This document shows positions 14,667 through 28,452 of a stretch of DNA of 64,000 nt, in pieces. The notes beneath the pieces were generated by a model, which did not search any database, was not told the DNA's origin, and saw only the letters and a program-made list of their open reading frames with translations. Within the stretch, counting starts at the first letter, position 1. Each line of letters opens with the position of its first letter. Source of the DNA: Octopus sinensis (taxonomy: Eukaryota); contig NC_043017.1 of assembly GCF_006345805.1 (NCBI RefSeq), positions 6,386,001-6,450,000 on the forward strand. The letters run 5' to 3'. The position numbers and the translations under genes were made by a program.

Positions 14667-17600
14667 TACAAATGGATATATATATACACACACACACATA
14701 CAGATGGATATATATATATACACACACACACATACAGATGGATATATATATATACACACACACACATACAGATGTGGCAAATATCTCTCACCACATTATC
14801 CACGCACAGAAGGATATTTTCCACATCGTTCTCTTTAACAAAAGCTCTGGAATTCGGTCGGATTAGTTTAATACCCTCGTTGTGTCATTCCGTACAGATT
14901 AATAGATATTTGCCGTTATACCTTTCCTGTTTCGTTCCATTCTCAATGATTGCCAGATAGTCCACATCTGTTATCTTAGGATAGCCTTAGAAGAAGAACA
15001 GGTTTTCAAGGGTTGAAAAATTTGCATATCATTGGATCAGTTTACTTAAGTAAACAGATCCCTTTCTTCGTTTGAACCAGAGCTTTACAATGTGGGCAGT
15101 ACAGCCCCTAAGAGGGCACTGGGCATATTGAAGGCAGCATTAGGCTTTAGCAGGTGGTCAGGCATCATAATTAACATCGTAAATTTTACCTACTGTGATA
15201 ATTACGTTATACATGATAAAACTAGAAATGGATTTTTAAATGTGATGCGAGATAAGTATATTGTGAGGTTAAAGAGATTTTTGGAGGAGAATAATTTATT
15301 TTTTATGTTCTATTTCTGTTTTGAATAGCATTGTTTAGGCATGCAGTCTTGCTGGCTTTCTCTATATACTGTGAACTCCAGTGGAGTAAAATTCAAAAAT
15401 TATGTATTTATATATAATTTATATATACATACATTATATTTATATATGCACACATGTACATTACATACACATATATACATATGTTTACATATACATATCT
15501 ATATATATGTATACATGTACATTTGTATACACAAACATACACATATATATGTATACACATGCATACATATGTATACACATACATACATATATATACATAT
15601 ACATACATATGTATATACACACATACATGCATATGTATACACATGCATACATGTATACATATGCATACACATGCATACATGTATACATATGCATACATGT
15701 ATACATATGCATACATGTATACATATGCATACATGTATATACATGCATACATGTATATACATGCATACATATGTATACACATACATATGTATAAATATAC
15801 ATACATATATATACACATACATACATATATATACACATACATACAAATGTATACACCTACACACACATCATCATCATTTAACGTCCATTTTCCATGCTGG
15901 CATGGGTGGACGGTCTGACAGGAACTGACTCAGCAGAAAATCGCACCAGGCTTCACTGTCTGTTTTGGCATGGCCTTTATGGCTGCCAGCCCTTGGCCTT
16001 CCTAATGCCAAACACCTTACTGAGCGGACCGAGTGCTTTTTACATGGCACCACGACTGCTGAGATCTGTTTCAGCATGGCTTTTATGGCTAGATGCCCTT
16101 CCAGATGCCAACCACTTTACACCGTGGCCTTGGTGCCTTTAACATAGCACCGAGTTCTACCTTGACATGGTTTTTACTTCTGACCAAGACGTTCCGAGTT
16201 CAAATTCCGCCAAGGTCAACTTTGCCTTTCATCCTTTTGGGGATGATAAATTAAGTACCAGTTGTGTACTAGGGTTGATCTAATCAGCTGGCCCCCTCCT
16301 AGAAAATGTCAGGCCTTGTACCTAGAGTAGAAAAGAATTATGTCGTGCTTGAGAAGAAGACCCAACAAGCTGAGCAAAAGCACAGTTGTGGTAGATACCG
16401 GTGTCACGCAAATGGCACCCGTGCCAGGGGCACTTAAAAGCACACATTACACTCTTGGATTGGTTGGCATTAGGAAGGGCATCCAGCCGTAGAAAACCAT
16501 GCCAAATCGGACTGGAACCTGGCACAGCCTTCTAGCATGCCAGCCCAGTCAAACCATCCGACCCATACCAGCTTGGACAACAGATGGTAAATGATGATGA
16601 TGAAGTACAGTGTGGGCTGGTATGGTTTCTACAGCAGGGTGTCCTCCCTAACGCCAACCAATTAGCAGAGGGTGCTGGGTGCTTTCTACATGCCACTGGG
16701 ATAGGCACATTTATGCGGCACGGTCACAGGTGCATTTTAAGTGGCACCATCAATTGGAAGGACAAGCCTGTATGTGTGGAAGACATAAATACATATATAT
16801 CTATGAGTGGCTGTGTGGTATGTAGCTTGCTAACCAACCACATGGTTCCGGGTTCAGTCCCACTGCGTGGCATCTTGGGCAAGTGTCTTGCTGGTGTGTT
16901 TACGTCCCCCATCACTTGGCGGTTCGGCAAAAGAGACCGATAGAATAAGTACTGGGCTTACAAAGAATAAGTCTCGGGGTCGATTTGCTCGACTAAAGGC
17001 GGTGCTTCAGCATGGCCACAGTCAAATGACTGAAACAACTAAGAGAGATATGCATATACTCACACGGATAACACACAAGGTACCTTTCAGCAAACAAGTC
17101 TGACAGAGTTATGTACCTTGTCCATAAGCCTTTACCTGCGTGTTAGGGTACCTGAGAATAGCAATCACAAAATATAATTAATCTGAAAGGTGTAACGAGC
17201 CAAAACTGGAGCCTCTATGGAGTTGGTCAGTCATGCTAGAAGTAGCAGCCAAATCTCTTTTATATTACATACAAGTGTATGTAATATAATATAGAACATA
17301 ACAGTTTACAAATATGATAGTCAGAAACAGATGAAATAGTCACAACTGGAAAGTCGTCTTCAACTCTTTTGTTATATTTGTTTAGGAATATTCTACCTTT
17401 GTTTTCATTATGAGTGGATTTGGTAGACAGAAACTGAAAAAAACCCATCATGTGTGTGTCCTTCACCACTGCTTGACAACCAATGTTAGTGTGTTTATGT
17501 CCTTGTGACTTAGTGGCTTGGCAAAAAAGACTGATAGATTAAGCACCAGGTTTTATGATGTATATTTTTATACCCAGACACATTCATATTGAACTGTTAC

Positions 17601-19334
17601 ACACTGAGTCACACTGATTTTTGCCTTCTGATTACATGAACGATACACACGTCTGTGGAATACCCAACCACATACCCTACAATTCAGTGAATAGAGAGTT
17701 CAGTTGATTGAATAACTGGAATATTTGTCACAGAAACGAACAGGCGCAGGAGTGGCTGTGTGGTAAGTAGCTTGCTTACCAACCACATGGTTCCGGGTTC
17801 AGTCCCACTGCGTGGCACCTTGGGCAAGTGTCTTCTACTATAGCCTTGGGCCGACCAAAGCTTTGTGAGTGGATTTGGTAGACGGAAACTGAAAGAAGCC
17901 CGTCGTATATATGTATATATATATATATGCGTGTGTGTGTTTGTCCCCCTAGCATTGCTTGACAACCGATGCTGGTGTGTTTATGTCCCCGTTACTTAGC
18001 GGTTCGGCAAAAGAGACCGATAGAATAAGTACTGGGCTTACAAAAAGAATAAGTCCCGGGGTCGAGTTGCTCGATTAAAGGCGGTGCTCCAGCATGGCCG
18101 CAGTCAAATGACTGAAACAGAGTAAAAGAGTAAAGAGAGAGAGAGACATTTACAAATATGGTGTTGTTATTCCTATATGTAAGGCGAGATACTGTCCCTA
18201 TAAATCTGAAAGGCAATAAGACCCTACAAGTTCTGTTAAATGTCCCCTATAATTCTGACAGATAGCACCTCCCACAAGGCCAGTTATTGTCCTTGCAATT
18301 CAGGGAAAATAACAGGTCCCAGAGGGCCAAGCATTGTCCCTATAATTTTGACCAACAGAAGCTCCCACTCTTTAATAGATGGTTTGTAGTAGGAAGAAGG
18401 AAGAAATTCCTGATTGTAGAAGGCCCAAAAGCCGTTTTTGATGAGGTAGCCTCTACTTAGTTGTTCACCATGCTAGGAATGTTAACCCAGTCTCCCTCAG
18501 ATGATACTGACGTCATAATAAAGAAGAAAAATACCGAAACAGCACACGAAAATATTTCAGTTCTAGAGACACTATGTTTGGAAAAAAAGGAAAGAAAAGA
18601 AAAAGCAAAGTTTGTCGTGACTGGAATAGTTTTTTTTTTTTTTTAATCATGTCTTTTGGATTAAGGATAATTAATAGTTAACTAACAACAAAATAGGAAA
18701 TAATTAGTGAAAATAAACGTCAGTAAGGGAAATAACTTCTGCCCTCCTCAATATGGATTGGCTGTCATGGTGACAGAAGAACAGATTGAATTGGCGGGAA
18801 TCGAACCACGTATCTATAACAATGTGCAGGTGATCGTATTACCTACAATTCTCTCTTTGGGAAAGATTCTTGGAAGGTTGCTCGACTCTTGTAAAAAAAA
18901 AAACTCAGCCAAATCTCAATCAATTATATCCTACCATTCAAAAAGCAAAAAAAAAAAGAGGAAAACGACAATGCAAATGTAGTTTGGAAAAACTGATGAG
19001 ATGGTCACGGCTGGAACATCTTCGATCACGTCTGCTAGACCAGGATCGACTAAAGAAGAGACAGGAACACAATCATAAATGAGATGCTTCCTTCTCTGAA
19101 GTTTTAACACAGTCGTCCATTTACAATATGTTTATCTAATGTTGAGGGCAATTTTTATCCTTTCAGTTTTATAACCCCAGGAGGAAAGATAGTGCTCATC
19201 ATGTTTGACAGGGAGCCCAACACTTTTGAGAGAGAGCCCTCCATTGAAGAATCTCCTGCCCCTAAGAGGTGCCAGCTGGTTGTGTTAACCTCGTGGTGTT
19301 CGATATTGTAGGAATTATCTGTTGAAATCTCATG

Positions 19335-19745
19335 TTGATATACTAATGGATACTCGTTGTCAATGCTTGTCATATTGACACAGCTAATTAGTAAGTGATG
19401 CTCTTTGTCAATATGTCATATTGACATAGCTAGTAACTGATGCTTGTTGTCAATGCCAGTCATATTTATATAGCATGTATTGATGCTCTTTATCAATGTC
19501 TGTCGTATTGACATAGTTGGTAACTGATGTCCTTAGTCAAGACTGTCATATTGACATAGCTAGTAACTAATACTCTTTATCAATGTCAAACATATTAGAC
19601 ATAAGTGGTAAATAACTGATGCTGTTTATCAATGTCAGTTGTATTGACATAAATGGTGAGTAGGTGGTGCTATTTGTCATATTGACATAGCTAGTGACTA
19701 ACTAATGCTCTTTGTCAATGTCTGTCATACTAACATAGCAGGTGA
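19335..19745. repeat. degenerate ~40-bp minisatellite with internal TGTCAAT..ATTGACA inverted repeat
   Basis: About 10 units of GTCAATGTCTGTCATATTGACATAGCTAGTAACTGATGCTCTTT-like sequence. Confidence 0.85.
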
Positions 19746-20506
19746 GTAATGGCCAGATAGACTGATACATTTTTTGCTCCACGGTTTTATTACCTAATAA
19801 GTGTTAGTGATACAGTTTGAACTTACAAACATTGATGTCACTATTTCCAGCACTTACATCACACTCACACACACACATACCAAACTTCCAGTGTTTATTA
19901 GCAGATATAGTTTATAGTTTGATATTAGCTTTTCCATGAGAACACACCATAAATGGGTTATATGCTGTTGCTATTTAACTCTAGGTCAGCCTTAAACCAG
20001 CCGAACTATGGTACATAGAGCAGTCTTTGATAGTGTAGTCTTCACATAGCCCTAAGCAAACCTATGAAATGTGTATAGCCAAGGGTACAATCCACACTTT
20101 TGTTGTTCTAGTAATAATAAGTGGATGAAGGTTGAGAGAGATTTAGCTGTCATCTCTAGCAAGTCAACCACCTATATAAAAGAACCCATTGTGGGATAAT
20201 TTTGTCAGAGCAACAATTTTTATAACTGGATATTCATCCTTTTGTTACTGTGAAGCTTCTGACTGTGGTGTGGACTTGCTTGTCAGTCAGGCAGACTGAG
20301 ACAAGCAGAAATTTTTTTTTTTTTTTTGGTAGAGATTCTATAATGGGTTTCAATAACAAAATCCTTCTAGGATGGCTGGGTTATACAATTTGTAAGTTCA
20401 AACCTAACTGTAGATATTCTGTCAAGAACTCCAGGGGTCAATGACTATAGATAAAAGGAAAAGAAACAAAAAAGGAAGAACAAAAAAAAAAATGGTGTGA
20501 ACTTAC

Positions 20507-20607
20507 CTTTTTCTAAAATTGACTTTGTAGATTTTTCTGGCATTTTGATAAACATATTACTCATGCAAACCCAAGATTTCTTTTCCCCATGCGTCTTTGA
20601 TAAAACC
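20507..20607 (-). CDS. PDRG1: PDRG1 coding exon 2
   Basis: ttgttgaag| acceptor, VLSKTHGEKKSWVCMSNMFIKMPEKSTKSILEK, donor G|GTAAGT. 101 nt with phases 2/1 fitting both neighbours; carries the VCxxNMFIKMP motif of PDRG1. Confidence 0.93.
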
Positions 20608-21902
20608 CTTCAACAAAAAAATAAGGTAAAAAAATTACAAATGTTTCATTTTTTATATATTTCATTCATTAGACTGGGGCCATACTGGAGCATTACCTTG
20701 AAAAAATCTAACACCCAGTGTAAAGATTATTTGCCGAGGTTGTCTTAGCTTTTCATCCTTTTGGGGTCGATAAAACAGGTACCAACTGTGTACTGAGGTC
20801 GTTGTAACCGACATACCACCCCACCTCCCACCCAAATACCCAACTTTGTGTCAAAATTTGAAGAGATTTTATTTATGGGTAGATAGCGATTTGAAAAATA
20901 TGCACTTTGCAGAGTGGACTGGGTGCGTTTTACGTGGTAACAGCACCGTCGAGGTTTGCAGTAAAGATTATCTCCCTTACATGATTTCTTGTGCTTTTCG
21001 CATCTTCATGAAGGACCCTTCACAGAATAATAACTTTCATTGAATATACATCCATTTTTGATATGTGGGTTTAAACCAGGGGCCTTCAACTAGGATCTAT
21101 ATAAGATTTTGGTGGGGTCCACGGTAATTTTTCAGGGGCCATTAAAGAACTGTATTTCAGACAAGTTTATGCACAATAAGGTGGTTATACAGCCACAAAA
21201 CACAGAATATTTTAACAATTTTTATACAACTTGGAGTAGCTGTGTGGTAAGTAGCTGGCTTACCAACCACATGTTTTCGGGTTCAGTCCCATTGTGTGAC
21301 ATCTTGGGCAAGTGTCTTCTACTATAGCCTCAGGCTGACCAAAGCCTTATGAGTGGATTTGGTAGAAGGAAACTGAAAGAAGCCCATCGTATATACATAC
21401 ATGTATATATATATGTGTGTGTGTATGTATGTATGTATGCATGTGTGTGTGAGTTTGTGTGTCTGTGTTTGTCCCCCCACCATCGTTTGAAAACCGATAT
21501 CGGTGTGTTTACATTCTTGGAACTTAGCAGTTCAGCAAAAGATACCGATAGAATAAGCGGTCAATTTGTTCAACTAAAGGCAGTGCTCCAGCATGGCTGC
21601 AGTCAAATGACAAACAAATAAAGAGAAAACATGTACCAATAAGCCACAGCCAGCCTTAACCTCTTAACATATTATCCTTTATATTTTCGTTCAGAGGCGT
21701 CAAGTAAATCTTTATTTGAACGAAAACATGTGTTTACTGTACTCTGATGTACCAGTCATTCATTTCTAATTCGAAATACTTCGTTCATGATGTTATTTCC
21801 TTTTTCTATCATTAACTATCAGCAATTTCATAATAAATCATAACCAATCTAAAATAATGAGTACTTGAATAATTTTATAATAGTTTGATACAAAATAAAT
21901 AC

Positions 21903-22360
21903 AATATTTACATTTGACGAATATTTGTCCTCATCGTGTTTGTTGTTAATACAACATACCCTCCAGCCTTCATCAGGTGTCTTGGCGAAATTTCGAACCT
22001 GGGTTCTCATTCCTAAGGTATTTTTCGATATCATTATTATTATTAGTAGTAGTAGTATTCGGGTCACTGCCTGGAATCGAACTTGGAATCTTGGGGTTAG
22101 TAGCCCACGCTCATAACCACTAGGCCATATGCCCATGGGCATATGGCGTAGTGGTTAAGAGCATGGGCTACTAACCCCAAGATTCCAAGTTCAATTGCAA
22201 GCAGTGATCTGAATAATAATAATAATAACAACAACAGCAAAAAATACCTTAGGAATGAGAACCCAGGTTTGAAATTTCCCCAAGACAACTGATGAAGGCT
22301 GGAGGGTTGTGTTAACAACAAACAAGATGAGGACAAATATCCGTCAAATGTATATAATGT
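21903..22360. repeat. ~230-bp-arm palindrome (head-to-head tRNA-like SINE dimer)
   Basis: Centre GCCCA|TGGGC at 22135/22136; arms are reverse-complementary with scattered mismatches. Confidence 0.9.
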
Positions 22361-22496
22361 ACATAATTCCTCATCTCTTAAATATAGAACTATATTGCCA
22401 AAATAAATAATTTGATCCAAAATAAATAATAAAAAATATATATACTGTGCATAACATTTAAAGACTTTTAGAAGAAAAACAAAGAAAAGTTTTTAC

Positions 22497-22621
22497 CTAA
22501 TTGCTTCTCTAATTTGGTTTCGTTTCCTATCTAAGTCAACAATTTGTTGTTTATTGGCGAGGATTTGTTCAGCAACCACTTCTATCTCACACAAACTGCT
22601 TTCAATCTTGTCCGTGCCCAT
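22497..22621 (-). CDS. PDRG1: p53 and DNA damage-regulated protein 1 (prefoldin-like), coding exon 1
   Basis: ATG at 22621 reads MGTDKIESSLCEIEVVAEQILANKQQIVDLDRKRNQIREAI(R); donor AG|GTAAAA at 22496. Matches the PDRG1 N-terminus as I recall it (EVEELAEEVLADKRQIVDLDTKRNQNRE). Confidence 0.92.
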
Positions 22622-25612
22622 TGTCAGCTGTTGGTGAAGGCTTTGGGAGATTAACTGGAGTGACGACAATAATGGGGAGATGGACGTCCCAGTTAATCAT
22701 TTAAACCACCTTGAAAGATTAAAAAGATTTTTAAAAAAAACATCACAGAAATAGAATTGTTTAATCTGATGAAAATAGATATAAATGAAGATAATGATAA
22801 GAGTGATGATGATGATGATGATGATCATTGTTATCAGCATTTAATGTTTGCTTTCCATGCTGGCATGGGTTGGATGATTTGATAGGAGCTGAAAAGCGGA
22901 TCAGGCCCCAGTTGCCTGTTTTGGCAGGGTTTCTATGGCTGGATGCCCTTCCTAATGCCAACCACTTTACAGAGTGGACTGGGTTACCATTACATGAAAC
23001 TGACACAAATACTCATTATGTGGCACCAGCACAGATGCTCAATATATGACACTGGTATGAGTGCTTCCTATGTGGCACAGCAGGAGTGCACTTGTACACG
23101 GTACCGCCACAAGAGCTTTGGTACATGACACCAGCATGAGTACTTCTGTACGTGGCACCGACATGAATGCTTCTTACATGGAAACGGCACAGCTGCTTTC
23201 ACCCATAGCACCAGCAGGAGTGCTTCTGTATGTGGCACCAGCACTAGTGCTTTTAACATATGCTTCTTTATTACCCACAAGGGGCTAAACATAGAGGGAA
23301 CAAACAAGGACAGTCAAACGGATTAAGTCGATTACATCGACCCCAGTGTGCAACTGGTACTTAATTTATCGACTCCGAAAGGATGAAAGGCAAAGTCGAC
23401 CTCAGCAGAATTTGAACTCAGAACGTAACAGCAGACGAAATACCTATTTCTTTATTACCTACAAGGGGCTAAACATAGAGGGAACAAACAAGGACAGTCA
23501 AACGGATTAAGTCGATTACATCGACCCCAGTATGCAACTGGTACTTAATTTATCGACCCCGAAAGGATGAAAGGCAAAGTCAACCTCGGCAGAATTTGAA
23601 CTCAGAACGTAACGGCAGACGAAATACCTATTTCTTCACTACCCACAAGGGGCTAAACATAGAGGGGACAAACAAGGACAGACAAACGGATTAAGTTGAT
23701 TACATCGACCCCAGTGCGCAACTGGTACTTAATTTATCGACCCCGAAAGGATGAAAGGCAAAGTCGACCTCAGCAGAATTTGAACTCAGAACATAACGAC
23801 AGACGAAATACGGCTACGCATTTCACCCGGTGTGCTAACGTTAACATAGCAATGGTACTAGAGCTTTTTAAATGGCCCTGATATGAATGCTTTCCATGTG
23901 GTACCAGCACAATAATGATGGCAACGGTAATGGAGAGAATGATAATGAGGATTAATGTTATCAAATGCAGAAATTATGGTATGGAATCATAAAACTGTTT
24001 TGCTGACCAATCAATGCTGAGCATTGGTGTTGGTATAAGGCATTTTCTTTAAATGACCGTCATTAAATATCTCCACACATTACAGTTTTTTGTTGTTTGT
24101 TCCTTCTCAAGCCATGCCTGGCTCAAAAGGGCCAGTTTCCCGGTTTCTTGGCGTATAGGTTCCCCACCTGGACGGGATGCCGGTCCATCACAGGTGAGCT
24201 GCAAGATGGAGGAGCAAAGAGTGAGCAGAAGTTCGCCATTACCTTCTGCCAGAGCCGCGTAGGTGTTTTGCTCATAAACACACACATCGTCCGGTCTGAG
24301 ATTCGAACCCGCGATCCCTCGACCACGAGTTCACTGCTCTAACCACTAGGCCATGTGCCTCCACTCACATTACAGTGGCCATCTTCATCCTTCACTGGAC
24401 CACCAAACTATCTCTCCTCATGCATTCTCTCTACTCCTGAAGCCTACCCCAAACACATCATCTCCTTTTTCCCTGCAGTCAACAGTATCGTAACAACCTT
24501 ACTGCTCCAACCTCAACTTGTGCAACCCCTCCCCAATCCTTATAAATGTTGTTCATCTCCCTCCCCCATCTCTTGCACTAACACATACTTATAGTGGCTT
24601 TCAGATGAGGTGGGTAGGGCCGGCTCCAATCACCAAGTTATGTTTGGGGTTTTAGTGGGATTACAAATTCACAAGAAGTCCCTGGCCACATACATACACA
24701 CTTTCAGATAGTGTGGTCCATAGCAGCTAATCTTGCTATCTATTGTCAACCATCTTAGAGGATTTGCGGAGCAAGTCACCACTGATTATCAAATAGGTGT
24801 AGCCTGGGCTTGAAGCAGATTCTTGAGACATGCTTTAACAAAAGCTAAGAAGTGCTTCACTCCCTATGCTTTTCTCTTATGCTGGACACCAGCCCAGACT
24901 TTCTGAAGGCACTCTTCAACTTCCCTCTTTTTCTCTCTCACCTTATACAAACCCCTGCTTACCCCACCCCTACAGATCCTGCTACTTGTGGCCCCACACG
25001 GACACCTTATTACCACTGTCTATCTCTTTGGATATAGTTCTAATTCATTTTCAATTTCTCTCTTAAATGCGGGTAGCCAAGAAACTCTTCTACAATAAGA
25101 ACCTGCTCCACCCCAGCACCTTCCTGCATACCTTAAACCCCCAACTAACACACACAGGCAACATCCTCCCTCCTTGACATTGCTTTGTTAATCTGTGAGC
25201 TACATGGAGAACTCAAAAACACTGGTGGCACAAAAAAAAAAAACAAGCACCCAGAACACCCTGTAAAGTGGATGGCATTACAAAGGGCATAAGGGCATCC
25301 AGTCATTGCACACCATATCCAAACAGACAGACACTGGAGCATGATGGGGTCTTTCAACTCATTGGATCTTTGTCCGGACATCCAGCCCTTGTCAGCATGG
25401 AACTCGGACATATTACTCTCTTTTACTTGTTTCAGTCATTTGACTGCGGCCATGCTGGAGCACCACCTTTAGCCGAGGACTTATTCTTTGTAAGCCTAGT
25501 ACTTATTCTATCGGTCTCTTTTGCTGAACTGCTAAGCTACGGGGACGTAAACACACCACCATCGGTTGTCAAACGATGTTGGGGGTACAAACACAAAAAC
25601 ACAAACACGGGG

Positions 25613-25647
<35 letters not shown>

Positions 25648-26693
25648 CATATATATACGACGGGCTTCTTTCAGTTTCCGTCTGCCAAATCCACTCACAA
25701 GGCTTTGGACAGACTGAGGCTAAGGTAGAAGACACTTGCCCAAGGTGCCACGCTGTGGGAATGAACCTGGAACCATGTGGTTGGTAAGCAAGCTACTTAC
25801 CACACAACCACTCCTGTGCCATATGATGAAGATATAATATAACGTATGTATTGGTGCAAGATAACTACCACTTAATACACATACAACCTTTACAGAAAAC
25901 TTATATCCTACAGGGAGCCTTCTCGAAATATAAAATTGATGACGATTGGCCTGAAAGAAGTTTTCTATATAGGTTTTTATATGTTGCTAGTGTACATAGA
26001 TAGGATAGATTAGTATTAATGGATACATACATGTGTGTGTATATATATGTATATATGTTTCGGTGGGTTCCCAGCACACGAGTAAAAGCTAATCTGGGAC
26101 TAAAGAACAACAACAAATGCCTGTTATGTTCTTTATACGAAAACCGTAACATGTCAAATTCATAGAAACCCTGACGGCCGAGAGGATTTTCGAAGAGTTG
26201 TCCCCCCTTTGTGTAAAAAATGATTTATTTTGTGTTTTATTTACTTTGTTGTAAGGATCGACTAGTCACGACTAGCTAGCGCCGATATCTTAAGTAGCAC
26301 CCTTGGACGTTTAGGACAAACTAATGAAAATCCTTCGGACTGGGGAAAGGGTTGATAAAGATTTAATTAGTCTTTGATAAAACCAATTAGTGAATTACGT
26401 AGAATAATTATTTATTTGCAAACTTAGTGAATACAGCAGGTCGTTTCTATGTTTACGTACCAGAAGGGTTTCTTTGTTTTTTGTATAAAACCAGGAATTT
26501 TGAGGGAGGGGTTAGTCTGTGACTGGTACTTTATGCCATCGACTCTGGAGGAATGAAAGGCAAATTTGATGGCAACCGGGATTTGAACTCACAACGTAAC
26601 GAGTCGGAAAAAATATCGCATAACTGGTAATATGTATCATATATGATGCATAAAAGCTAGGAAACTATGTCCTCTGTATCACATAAGATATAT

Positions 26694-26894
26694 CAGTGGT
26701 TTTCAACCAGGGTTCCGCCAGTATAGTCCAGGGGTTCCGCAAGAAGTTACAAAAATGCTAAAATCGACAGTAATTTTTAAGTCTCCCGTGCAGATATGTG
26801 TGCATAGGACAATTAAATTATTGCACAGGGGTTCCTCGAGCCAGTGAAATGTTTTCTTGGGGTTCCGCTCCAGCAAAAAGTTTGAAAAGCACTT
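26694..26894. mobile_element. hAT-type MITE
   Basis: TIRs CAGTGGTTTTCAAC / GTTTGAAAAGCACT; near-perfect 8-bp TSD AGATATAT/CGATATAT. Confidence 0.7.
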
Positions 26895-27122
26895 CGATAT
26901 ATGATAGGCCATGGGTTAAAAGTGATACGAGTATGAGTTTGCGTTACGAACCGCGGCCTGTTTTCTTATATAAACAGAAGTGCATCATAACGAATGGAAG
27001 GACTGTTTAAGTTACTTTGTTAAAACTAAATTTCGCCAAAAGCTAAACAAAACATGAAGTTTTTAACACAATATTTTAGGGTTTTTGTTACGCCGCAAAC
27101 GGGTGGGGTACGTATTCTTTAC

Positions 27123-27170
27123 CTCCGCCAAAACAAGTGTTCCACAAATACTTCAAAATAGTTCACGAGT
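27123..27170 (-). other. candidate non-coding first exon of PDRG1
   Basis: Minus-strand donor GGCGGAG|GTAAAG at 27122 in a locally CpG-richer unique stretch upstream of the coding exons; the 5' end is a guess. Confidence 0.3.
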
Positions 27171-27380
27171 ACCATTTACTATTTACTATTTTACTTGTTT
27201 CAGTCATTTGACTGCGGCCATGCTGGAGCACCGCCTTTTGTCGAGCGAATCGACCCCGGGACTTATTCTTTTGTAAGCCCAGTACTTATTCTATCGGGCC
27301 GCTTTTGCCAAACCGCTAAGATACGGTGACGTAAACACACCAGCATCGGTTGTCAAGCAATGCTAGGGGGACAAACACAA

Positions 27381-27447
<67 letters not shown>

Positions 27448-28452
27448 TATATACATATATACGACAGGCTTCTTTCAGTTTCCGTCTACCAAATCCACTC
27501 AGAAGGCATTGGTCGTATTTTCCTTTTCTCTGTAATTTTAAATCTGTTGTGTCTGGGGAGAGTCATTTTCTTTTTGTGCCTTTATAATGTAACACACTCA
27601 CCGGTAAATTTTCCGTTTATTTTATTATTTTCCAAAAATTTTCGTTGCGTCTTGCAACCTTTTTAATAGTCGCAATAAAAATAAGAAATAAGTGGAAATT
27701 TTTACCGGCGTGTGTTGTATTATAAGGCACAAAAAGAAAATGACTCTCCCCAGACACAACAGAATAGGCTTCAACACACGAACTCATATAAAGAATATTG
27801 CAAACCAAATCCAAAAACGAAATGTAATTTTAATTATTTGGTAATTAAGCATTCTTCGAAAGAATGTTGGTAATTTAAGTTAAGCGAAACGTGTAGGAGT
27901 GACGCTGAAGAATTTACGGAGCATAAAATATTTATTCCAGCGAGAAAGAAAGACCCAATGTCCATAAAAAATATAATATATTATAAGTAAATCAATTGGT
28001 ACAAAAGCAAATGAATGATTCGAATAAAATAATTAATTACATGGTTATTTAATTGGATTCTGAAATGAAGTTACGTCGCAGCTGAAATATTTTAAGAAGT
28101 TACACAATGTCTTCCGTAGCATAAAAACTATATCTTTAACCTTTAAAAAAAAAAGGAGGTGATATCTGTAAAAATATAATATATCATAAATAAATTATTC
28201 GGCGAAAATAATGTAAAAGATTTCAATTAAAATATCCCGAGCAAAAACTCACCAAACAATTTCGTCGTCTTAATTCGTTGTCCGAAGAATTATGATATAT
28301 TAAATTATCTCCCCTGCGTAGAACTTCCTGATTGCAATAACAAAGCGACGTAAAGTGGCATTGATCTTGAGGTCACGGTTTCTAATCTAGGTGAGAACAG
28401 TATCACTTCATTTTTTTTTTTTCTGATTGCTTTTTGAAATAAAATAATTCTA

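Noticed and set aside
14922-14967. Possible extra PDRG1 exon (cag|ATGTGG...GAAAG|gtataa)
   Set aside because: No pyrimidine tract, 46 nt would frameshift, and the protein is complete without it.
8063-15928. Many YI/HT/CV-rich ORFs
   Set aside because: Translations of (TA)n and (CA)n microsatellites.
22140-22215. tRNA gene
   Set aside because: A and B boxes are present but there is no complete cloverleaf; it is a SINE head, like those at 24290-24365 and 63750-63826.
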